From Bacillota bacterium (GTDB lineage Bacteria > Bacillota > Clostridia > Lachnospirales > Cellulosilyticaceae), in the NCBI GenBank assembly GCA_023393125.1, contig JAEWMQ010000059.1, forward strand, positions 1 through 64,000: a stretch of 64,000 bases of DNA, read 5' to 3'. The translations under genes were made by a program, and so were the position numbers. Below the pieces are notes generated by a model. The model was not told the origin of the DNA, searched no databases, and was given only the letters and a program-made list of their open reading frames with translations. Every line of letters begins with the position of its first letter. Position 1 is the first letter of the stretch. This document shows positions 26,011-35,100 of the stretch, one piece after another.

Positions 26011-27375
26011 TTATAATGCTTCACCGTTTGTTTCAATAACAGATTTATACCAGTAACCAGAATCTTTAATGATTCTCTCTTGATTTTGATAGTCTACATA
26101 CACAATACCAAAGCGTTCTGCATAACCGCTATGCCATTCAAAGTTATCAAGAAATGACCATTGGAAGTAACCTGCTGCTTCTATGCCATCTTCTGCTGCA
26201 CGTTTAAATTCTTTTAAATAGCGGTGTAAGAAATCAATACGGTTAGGGTCATGAACTTTACCATCTACAGATACCACATCATGGCAAGAAAGTCCATTTT
26301 CTGTGATGTAAATTGGTTTTTTATAGCGCTCATAAAGGAAACGTGGCCCCCAATAAAGAGCCTGCGGCGTAATAGGCCAGTTAAGGGCTGTTTTAGGTGA
26401 ACCTTTATCTCTTGTTAGATAAATAGCTTCTCCGTTTTCATCTGCTTTAATTTCTCTTCCTGTATAAACGTTTTGTCCAAGGAAATCAATAGGCTGAGAA
26501 ATGATTTCCATATCGCCTTCTTTGATTTCTGGTAAATAATCTTTAAATAACTTAAGACCATCTTCTGGATAATGCCCAAAGAAAATAGGGTCATTCCACC
26601 ATGTCACATTCCAAGCCCAATCTTCCCTAATTTCTTTAGGCATATCAAAAATAGAACGTCTTGCTGCTTCAATATCTTCTGGTTTTTCTGAGCATGGATA
26701 GTTCATAGAGCCTGTTGGTGCGAAGCCTATCTTTACTTCACCTTTTGCATGCTCACGAATAGTTTTTACACTATGACCATGAGCTAATAGGACATTATGT
26801 GCCATAGCTAATGTATCCCTAACAGATTGTTTAAGTCCTGGTGCATGCATCCCTTGAGAGTAACCAAAGCCAATAAAGCATTGTGGTTCGTTGAAAGTAA
26901 TAAAGTTTTTAACACGATCTGATAATCTTTCTACCACTACTTTTGTATACTCTGCAAACCAACTTGGGCTATCTGGATTCATCCAGCCTCCTTTTTTATG
27001 AAGTTCATATGGTAAATCCCAATGGAATAAGGTCACATAAGGTTCAATGCCTGCTTCCACTAATTCATCCACTAACTTGTCATAAAAAGCTAGTCCTGCT
27101 TCATTTACTTCTCCTATGCCTTTAGGTAATACCCTTGGCCAAGAAATAGAAAAGCGATAAGCTTTAATACCCATTTCTTTCATGAGCTGAACATCTTCTT
27201 TATAACGATGATAGTGATCACACGCTACCTCTCCATGATGTCCTTCAAATACTCTACCTGGTTGGGTGCAATAAACATCCCATATAGAGAGGCCTTTACT
27301 ATCTTCATAAGCCGCCCCTTCTATTTGATAAGAGGAAGTCGCTACTCCCCATACAAAATCTTTGTTAAAACTCAT
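26011..27375 (-). CDS. Glycoside hydrolase family 1 beta-glucosidase
   Basis: 454 aa. GH1 motifs: acid/base TLFHWDLP…NEP, nucleophile YITENG, and C-terminal WSF/LDNFEW. Confidence 0.9.
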   Translation of the reverse strand: MSFNKDFVWGVATSSYQIEGAAYEDSKGLSIWDVYCTQPGRVFEGHHGEVACDHYHRYKEDVQLMKEMGIKAYRFSISWPRVLPKGIGEVNEAGLAFYDKLVDELVEAGIEPYVTLFHWDLPYELHKKGGWMNPDSPSWFAEYTKVVVERLSDRVKNFITFNEPQCFIGFGYSQGMHAPGLKQSVRDTLAMAHNVLLAHGHSVKTIREHAKGEVKIGFAPTGSMNYPCSEKPEDIEAARRSIFDMPKEIREDWAWNVTWWNDPIFFGHYPEDGLKLFKDYLPEIKEGDMEIISQPIDFLGQNVYTGREIKADENGEAIYLTRDKGSPKTALNWPITPQALYWGPRFLYERYKKPIYITENGLSCHDVVSVDGKVHDPNRIDFLHRYLKEFKRAAEDGIEAAGYFQWSFLDNFEWHSGYAERFGIVYVDYQNQERIIKDSGYWYKSVIETNGEAL

Positions 27376-27485
27376 CTTTGCCGCCTCCTAGTAAGTCTTA
27401 TTTATAAGTCTTTTTTATTCTCTATTAATCACTAACAGCTCCATATCATAAATGGAAGCTGTTAGCCGCAGTGTGCTATTCTTTT

Positions 27486-30400
27486 TTACACTCTTAATTT
27501 AATATCTATTTTACTTACTTGGTGACTTCTTACATCCTCAGCCATTTTACCTACTAACTTGCCTTCGGCTACTTTGCTAGTACCATCTTTGTAAGTAAGC
27601 GTTATGTCCATCACGTGAACTGTTCCTGGTATAATATCTTTCTTCTCTGTGAAGCTATAAACGACTTCAATGTCGCCTAAGAACTGACATTTCACTGTCT
27701 TATCTTCGCCAATCAAATAGGCTGGAAGTGCTGGTGTAAAGCTTAATGTTAATACGCCTTCTTCTACTTTAAATGGTGCTTCACCAATCATCATGATTTG
27801 CCACATATGAAGGAATTCTGCTGTGGAACCACTTAATCTTGCTACAAAGCCTCTACCGTGAATCTTTTCATTAGGATTTGCACTACTTGCTATAAAGGAA
27901 GAGTTTTCTAAAATACTTCTGCCATATATCTTTGGATCAAGAAATGGTACCAGTGCATTTTTAAGTGATTCAAAGTACTCTTCATATAAACCTGTTCTAA
28001 GAAGTTCAAGTAAATATTTGTATTCCATATGAAGCCAGATAGACTCATTTTCTAACCAACCTGGTGTAAAGGCTTTGGCACGGCCTACTTCAAAAGAAGT
28101 ATCTTTTAATGGCGCGTTTACCTTATACATTTTAAGCTCTTCATCATAAAGGGCACTTGCTTTTACTTTTGCATGTAGCTCCTTAGCTACTTTTTTACTC
28201 TCGCCCACTTTTAGATATCTTACTGGTCCTTCTAAGAAGTAAGGCATATTAATCACATTAAACTGACGAGGAATGATTACATCACCCTCTTTATCATACT
28301 CACTCACTTCATAAGTGAAGTAAGTTGGGCATAGCCCTTCTCCGTAAGCTATAGCCTTTTCAGTTCCTTCATGTAATTTTTCAAGCCATGACTCTAGAAT
28401 GGTTTCTATTTCACTGTTACTAAGTGTTTGTTTTTCTCCTTCAATTCCCCATAAAACAGCCGCTCTATACGCTTCTTTCACTTCATTTACTTGATTCCAG
28501 TATTCAAGCTCTGTGATTTTTTCACCTTTATAGCGTACAAGTGCTTCTTGAATCCCTTTAATAAAAGTCATCATTTCAGTTGGTAAGGTTACGTTTTCAG
28601 GATAGGCTTTAATGATTTTTAACATAAATTCTACCATGCGGTATAACTCATAAGTTTCTGCCATGGAGGAACCGAAAATACCTGGAAGACCATTTAAGGC
28701 ATCATACCAACCTGGTTTACCACCTTCCATTTCAATCCCCATACCATATGGATCTAAGGTAGCAAATTTGTTAGTAGCTAAAATCATCATTTTTTCAAAC
28801 AGATTAGAAGTATAAGTTTCACCCTTGCCGTTCTTTTCTCTGGCTACTTTATGAGTAACCTCTGCTTTAATGTGGTGATCAACTGCATTGTATTGTCTTA
28901 CGCCATTTTCAGTTAATACATAGCGCTCACTTCTTGGTCTAACAGTTGCCCGACTTTCAAAGTAAGTATAAGTATGATCATCAAAAAGTAATGCTTTTTC
29001 TGCTTCTGGATAAATCCCTAAATAACTTTCAATTAAGTCTATATTATAAGTCCAGTGATCTGTCCAGTAGCCTTCACCAAATACAGCTTCTGTATGAGGC
29101 TCTGATACTTTCATTAATTCAGAGATAAAATCTTCTCTTGAAACTTCTAAATCAACATTGTTATCTGTAAGAGCTTTAAGCACACCACCTGGTGTAAAGG
29201 CCTTTGATAGAAGTTCTTTAAGCAGTTCATTTTCTCCTACTGTTTTTAAGATAGTCTGTTGATTCTCTTTGGTCAGTGTATAGTTAACCCCTTGTACTCC
29301 TAGTGGATTATAACCATCTAATTGAATAAGGTTATAAAAGGTTTTAACATTATAGTCTTTTACAAAATCTGCAAAATAAACATCTAAACGTCTATTTTGG
29401 TTCACATCTCTAAAGTTAGCATTCCCTTGTGAATAGAACTCTGGACTCATGCTAAAGAAGTTGTAATCTCTTTCTGTATCTCCATGTTTACGAGAATAGA
29501 CGTGATAAATATTTTCTTCTCCTAACTTTAGAGGCATACCACCACGAAGGACATTATCAAGATAAGTTTGTTTACAGTAAGCATCAAATACTGGTGAAGC
29601 TGTCTTAGTCTCTATTACCTTGCAAATATCTTCTGTAAGAGCTTTGGCTTCTTGGTATTTATTTTCAAAGTAACTGCTTCCTGTTACCTTACTTTGGAAT
29701 TTTGTAAGCTGCATCTTATTTTCTACTTGCCCAATTAAACTATAGAAAGTGTATGTTTCTCCTGGACTTAAAGTCACTATGCCACTAAAGAAACCACATG
29801 GAAGTGCATTTTGACAAATTTGTTTTTCGCTAAGGTAGGCTGCTCTGTCTTTTGTGATAAAGCCTAGTGGTCTAGTAAGAGAAGTGTTTTGCATAAAGAC
29901 TACTTCACTATCCACTACTGCTGGCAATAACTCACCTTTTTCAGTCATTGTGAGGTAGAAGTGCCCTCCCTTAACTTCTTTAACAACAGCAGAGTCTTCC
30001 ATACTAGCACGTACGGAATAAAATGGTACTTTCTCTTCCACGTCTTGAACCTGCATCCACGCTTTAACGGTTTGTCCCATCATTTTCATAGCACCTAAAT
30101 CTACACCGTATGGAATCACTTGTGGCATCCCATCTAGGAATTCTACTTGAAGGGTTTTTTCACTAATATTTTTAAGAGTTACTTGACGTACTAATCCTCC
30201 GATTTCTTCATTTGGTAAAGTAAAATAAAGAGCATTAGTTTGAATCCCTTCCATGGGATTCTTTTCTTCTACTTCCATCTCGTTAGAACCAATATACATG
30301 ACTCTCTCTACGCCTTCTTCTTTGGCGTATTCATTATAAAATGGTTCATAGTATTTTCCATCTACTTTAAGGAAAGTTCTAAAACCAACTGTACTCGCAT

Positions 30401-30605
30401 TTTGATAGGCTTGCTGAGCAGCATGGAACTCCATAATGGAGTGATTTTTATCTCTTACCCCAAAGCTTGAAACACCTTGTCCTCTATTAACATAAAAACA
30501 CCAAATAGGAATCCCCATAATACCACTAATTCCTGGTAGAAAGCTAGCAAAAGTAGGACTATTGGTGTAATCTTCTATAATAAATCTGTTATTGTTATCA
30601 AACAT
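27486..30605 (-). CDS. Large cytoplasmic glycoside hydrolase/phosphorylase-like protein of unresolved family
   Basis: 1039 aa, no signal peptide. Acidic and aromatic-rich, with a length and composition typical of large (alpha/alpha)6 GH families (GH94/GH149/GH161-like). The family cannot be assigned by eye. Confidence 0.45.
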   Translation of the reverse strand: MFDNNNRFIIEDYTNSPTFASFLPGISGIMGIPIWCFYVNRGQGVSSFGVRDKNHSIMEFHAAQQAYQNASTVGFRTFLKVDGKYYEPFYNEYAKEEGVERVMYIGSNEMEVEEKNPMEGIQTNALYFTLPNEEIGGLVRQVTLKNISEKTLQVEFLDGMPQVIPYGVDLGAMKMMGQTVKAWMQVQDVEEKVPFYSVRASMEDSAVVKEVKGGHFYLTMTEKGELLPAVVDSEVVFMQNTSLTRPLGFITKDRAAYLSEKQICQNALPCGFFSGIVTLSPGETYTFYSLIGQVENKMQLTKFQSKVTGSSYFENKYQEAKALTEDICKVIETKTASPVFDAYCKQTYLDNVLRGGMPLKLGEENIYHVYSRKHGDTERDYNFFSMSPEFYSQGNANFRDVNQNRRLDVYFADFVKDYNVKTFYNLIQLDGYNPLGVQGVNYTLTKENQQTILKTVGENELLKELLSKAFTPGGVLKALTDNNVDLEVSREDFISELMKVSEPHTEAVFGEGYWTDHWTYNIDLIESYLGIYPEAEKALLFDDHTYTYFESRATVRPRSERYVLTENGVRQYNAVDHHIKAEVTHKVAREKNGKGETYTSNLFEKMMILATNKFATLDPYGMGIEMEGGKPGWYDALNGLPGIFGSSMAETYELYRMVEFMLKIIKAYPENVTLPTEMMTFIKGIQEALVRYKGEKITELEYWNQVNEVKEAYRAAVLWGIEGEKQTLSNSEIETILESWLEKLHEGTEKAIAYGEGLCPTYFTYEVSEYDKEGDVIIPRQFNVINMPYFLEGPVRYLKVGESKKVAKELHAKVKASALYDEELKMYKVNAPLKDTSFEVGRAKAFTPGWLENESIWLHMEYKYLLELLRTGLYEEYFESLKNALVPFLDPKIYGRSILENSSFIASSANPNEKIHGRGFVARLSGSTAEFLHMWQIMMIGEAPFKVEEGVLTLSFTPALPAYLIGEDKTVKCQFLGDIEVVYSFTEKKDIIPGTVHVMDITLTYKDGTSKVAEGKLVGKMAEDVRSHQVSKIDIKLRV

Positions 30606-30881
30606 AATCGTGGCTCCTTTGGGTTAAATTTCATCTTAACCTTATTGTAAATAAAAGAAGCAACTAAAATAATGTGGCATTTTTTATTTTAGGTATCCAT
30701 TTTTTGTTATGCTTATCCTAGCAGTATAGGGAACTTCTATATAGACTTCACTAAACAAAAATCTGAGGAGAATTTATAATCTTTCTTAGTAAAACTAAGT
30801 ATTCTAAAAACTCATCTAAGGAGTAAGTAGCTGAAATATAAAAAATAGAGCTCTAAAGTACAAGCTCTAAACATTTTGCCA

Positions 30882-31277
30882 TTATAATATATCCTGTAAT
30901 GTATACTTACCAAATTCTTCAATAAACTTTTCTAATGAGGCATATACTACACTCTTAAATTTACACTCACCATTCATAAAACCACAAACGTCATCTCCAT
31001 TTAAACAAGTTACAATATTAAGATTATCCTCGGTTATCCTTAATACCTCTCCCAAATTAATCTGCTCTGGTGGAAGTCCTAATCTTAGCCCACCTGCTCT
31101 CCCTTTAATAGAAATCAAATAATCCGTCTTAGCTAATCTATGAATAACTTTCTTTAGGTGATGCTCAGAAACTTCTAATTTAGTCGCTAGCTGTTCGACC
31201 GTACAAAGTTCTTCTTGATGCTTGGCCATATATATTAAAACGCGAAACGTATAATCTGTGAACTTAGATAATTGCAT
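30882..31277 (-). CDS. Rrf2-family transcriptional regulator (NsrR-like)
   Basis: 131 aa. Rrf2 wHTH (MQLSKFTDYTFRVLIYMA…LATKLEVSEHHLKKVIHRL). Cys residues in the C-terminal half for a possible Fe-S cluster. Divergent from the globin gene. Confidence 0.8.
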   Translation of the reverse strand: MQLSKFTDYTFRVLIYMAKHQEELCTVEQLATKLEVSEHHLKKVIHRLAKTDYLISIKGRAGGLRLGLPPEQINLGEVLRITEDNLNIVTCLNGDDVCGFMNGECKFKSVVYASLEKFIEEFGKYTLQDIL

Positions 31278-31348
31278 AGTAAATCCTCCTTGCTAACCTT
31301 TTTTGATTATTGTATCAGCCTTTTTATATTTAAGAAAGGCTTTATAAA

Positions 31349-31377
31349 TTAAATGTGCATTTAACTTGCACATTTAA
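31349..31377. promoter_or_regulatory. 29-bp palindromic operator 1 (NsrR/Rrf2-type)
   Basis: TTAAATGTGCAtttaactTGCACATTTAA is a perfect 11-bp inverted repeat. The half-site AAATGTGCATTT resembles the NsrR half-site AAGATGCATTT. Confidence 0.55.
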
Positions 31378-31392
31378 TTTATGTATGTTATA

Positions 31393-31421
31393 TTAAATGT
31401 GCATTTAATATACACATTTAA
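31393..31421. promoter_or_regulatory. 29-bp palindromic operator 2 (NsrR/Rrf2-type)
   Basis: TTAAATGTGCATTTAATATACACATTTAA is a near-palindromic second copy 44 bp from the first, in the divergent promoter region. Confidence 0.5.
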
Positions 31422-31540
31422 TTCAAGAGATTAATCCTTAATTCTATTTAAAAACTATTAGTAGTCAGTATTTAGCCTTACTACTACTTCATACTTAAAA
31501 TTAAAATTAAAACAATTACAAGCAACTAGGAGGACTCATT

Positions 31541-31978
31541 ATGTTAGCCCAAAAAACAATTGATATTATTAAAAGTACAGTGCCAGCTTTAAAAGCTCAC
31601 GGCTTAGAAATTACACAGCATTTTTATCAAACAATGTTCATCAATAATCCAGAAGTTAAACCTTTATTTAATATGAATAGACAATCTTCTGGCGAACAGC
31701 CAAAAGCACTTGCCATGACTGTACTAGCCGCTGCTGAAAACATCGACAATTTAGAAGCTTTACTTCCTGTCGTTAAAAAAATAGGCACACGTCACGCAGA
31801 AGTTGGTATTCTTCCTGAACACTATCCTATTGTAGGTAAAAATCTACTTATAGCTATTAAAGATGTATTAGGTGATGCTGCCACAGATGAAGTCATTGAT
31901 GCTTGGGGTAAAGCTTATGGTGTTATTGCAGAAGTATTTATTCAAGTAGAAAAAGAGATTTATACTAATCAGGCCTAG
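31541..31978 (+). CDS. Single-domain bacterial hemoglobin (Vitreoscilla Vgb / flavohemoglobin globin-domain-like)
   Basis: 145 aa. Near-colinear with VHb: …[24 protein letters not shown]…[10 protein letters not shown]…[19 protein letters not shown]…[10 protein letters not shown]…. No reductase domain. Confidence 0.85.
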   Translation: MLAQKTIDIIKSTVPALKAHGLEITQHFYQTMFINNPEVKPLFNMNRQSSGEQPKALAMTVLAAAENIDNLEALLPVVKKIGTRHAEVGILPEHYPIVGKNLLIAIKDVLGDAATDEVIDAWGKAYGVIAEVFIQVEKEIYTNQA

Positions 31979-32002
31979 CTTAAAAGAAATGATATAAAGA
32001 AA

Positions 32003-32040
32003 AGGGGATATTTCAATTGTTTGTGAAATATCCCCTTCTC
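32003..32040 (+). terminator. Rho-independent terminator after globin gene
   Basis: aaaaGGGGATATTTCAattgtttgTGAAATATCCCCttctcttt. 12-bp stem. Confidence 0.75.
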
Positions 32041-32147
32041 TTTATATAACCTATTATCAAAAGTAAAAGGAACGCTACTAATTTGGCTGTAGCGGCTCCT
32101 TTTAAACAATTATTTATAGGCTTTCTCAACTAGTGACATCTATCCAA

Positions 32148-35100
32148 TTATTCTACAACATAAATCATTTTGCTATCTGGAATCCAATGTACATCTGCAC
32201 CAAACTCTTCTGATACATAGCGAAGTTTCACATAAGTTCTTGCATCTTTAATTTCTGCATCGCCTTGACGTACACTTAATACAAGTGTCTTTTCACCTTT
32301 TGTAATATTAACTTCTTTAGTTTTGCTATTCCATTTTACTTCTGCTCCTAATTGTTCTGCAATAATACGAATAGGAACCATTGTAACACCATCTTTAATA
32401 TAAGGAGCTACATCTGAAGTAATGGTTTCATCATTAAAGTAAATACGTTGGTCATTAATGCTTAATTGAAGTTTTCTTAGGTTTTCATCTTGTACTAAAG
32501 CATAATCCCCTTTACCTGTTACATAAGCAACAAAACTTTCTGCCTCTTTATTGTATGTACCGCCTAGTCTAATCATTTTGTAAGTACCATCTTTTTGCTG
32601 CTCATATTTTACAAGAGTAAGTGGTCCTTCTACTTTTACATTCTTAAGGTCAAAAGTTACTTTAGTAGCTACACTGTTATTCTCTTCTTTAGAATCTACT
32701 TTAAAGATAAACTTTTTATCTAGAACAGTTGCTTTTCCAGCTTTCTCAGTAGCTTCTTGTAATGCCTTTGATATGCTGTCGATAACTGCTTTCACCTCAA
32801 ATTTACTGTCTGCTATTTGAATAGAGTTTTGAGTAACTACTGTAGTAGACCCTGAGCTACTTGATGATCCACCACCTGATGAATCACCCCCTGTTGATCC
32901 GCCACCCGTTGATCCAGAATTAGAAAGATCAATGGATTTCTCAAAAGTAACCTCTGTTTTATCAGAGTTAATTGATCTAATGCTATCATAATAAAGAGTA
33001 GAATTTAACTCAAAATTATCGCTACTTACACCTGTAGGTACAATAGTATTACAGAATAAACCGAAGCTATCTATAGAAGATGTTTTAAATTCGTCAGTCT
33101 TGTTATCTCTAGGTATAAACTTAGAAAATGGAATAGTTACAAGTACTGGTTCATTGGCAAACTTATTGTAGTCTTCAAATTCTTGAAGATAAGCTTCAAA
33201 TACTTTACCTTCACTGGTTATTTGAACAACTACCTTTTGACTCTTACCATCTGGAATAGTCCAAAATTGAAGTGCATTAGTACCAGACCAGTCTATACCA
33301 CCTAAATTCTTAGTAACCCCTGCATAGCCATCTGCTATAAGTGTATAATTAAAAGCTAAGCCATAATTCCCTTCATAACGTTTCGCATTTAATGTTGGTT
33401 TAATACTACACCCTGCACCTTTAGCACTTGCCCATTTCCCGGACATCTCATCACTATCTCCATAGTAGGTTTCAAAGTTATCTACTATTTTTACATCTGC
33501 TGTAGCTTCTGGCATATTGAATTTCGCATTAATCGTATTGCATAGCTTATCATTTACGAATAACTTAATAGTACCCAATGTTTGACCAATTGTTTTAAGG
33601 TCTTCACTAGTAACTTTAGCTTCAAACTCACCACTTTCCTTAGCTGTTGCTATATATGTTGATTTGATATTACCATCTTTATCATATACTTTGAAACTCA
33701 CCTTATCTCCTGGAAGTACATTTCTTATAGTGGCTGTAATGGTGGTTGCTTCTAAAATACGACTTCCTGATACAGGATTTGTAATAAAGCCTGTTGGCGT
33801 AGCTTCATCTTTTACATTTACATTTAACGCAGCATAATCTCCCATTTCATTAGCAAAGACACTTCGTGAATCATTATAGAAGTCAATAAAGTTATCTAGC
33901 ATTTCATGTCCTCTTACTACGTCATCTTTTTTACTAACTACAAATGGTGTGTAATAGCCATCATTCTCACCAAAGTTAGCCCATAATAAGAAGTATGATG
34001 CACTACTTGGTGCTACTGCTTCTAATATTTCATTGTACCAATCTTTTCTTGTATTACCTGTTAATAAAAGAGCATCTTTACTACCATTTCTAATACCTGT
34101 TTCTGTTACTGCAAATAATTTATTATGCTCCTTAGCAAAACCATCTACTATTTGAATTTGATTTTTAAGATTACTGATAAAGGAATCTGTAGCTCTTGGA
34201 CTATCATGATACATATCAAAACCAATCATATCTACATAGTCATCACCTGGATAACGTTTTTCAAAATCAGCTTTGTTTTCAGCTTCTGCCCCTGGGCTGT
34301 ATACATAGATAAAGTTATGAACACCTTTTACATCTCTTAAATAATCTACTGTATAGCTATAAAGATTCTTATAAGCTTCTGCGTCACAATAAGCAGCCCC
34401 CCACCAGAACCAGCTTCCTGTATTTTCATGGAATGGTCTAAAGAGCACTGGTGTATCACCTAAAGCATGTGCATACTCCGCAATTAAATCTAAATATTGA
34501 GTATAAACACCATTTAAATCTTGTCCTGGCATAATACGCTTCACACTATCTCCAGAAGTTACTCCTGGGGTATAGCCTGAAAAGTCAATAGAACCATCTT
34601 CCAAATAACCATTTCCATCATCAATACGCTCTTGAATGATTTGGAAATTAGGCATATGAGCTGATAACGTAATAATAGCTCCATTAGCCGCTGCTTCTTT
34701 AGTCATGGTAGCACAATCAGCTACTCGCTTACTTTGAGGATCTTTTGCTTCACCTAGTTCGTTACCTGTTAATGAGAGTGTATCAATACCTACCACTGCA
34801 GATATTGAACCTGTTACGTCTTCTGTATCTGACTTAGATAAAGACTTGCTTCCTACTTTATGGTGAATGTCATTTTGATGTCCAAATAATACGCTATCAG
34901 TCTCACCTACCGCATCTAAATAAGCATAAAGCTTGGCTGTATTAGCTGTCGCCTTTTCATCCACTAATTTAACTTCTCTTGATATATTCTGAGTTATACC
35001 ATTAGCTATAATACCATTACTAGATACACTAATCGGTGTTTGAGCTTCTACCGGTATTGTAGTATTTACATAATACTCATCATTCTCTGAACCTCCTTGT

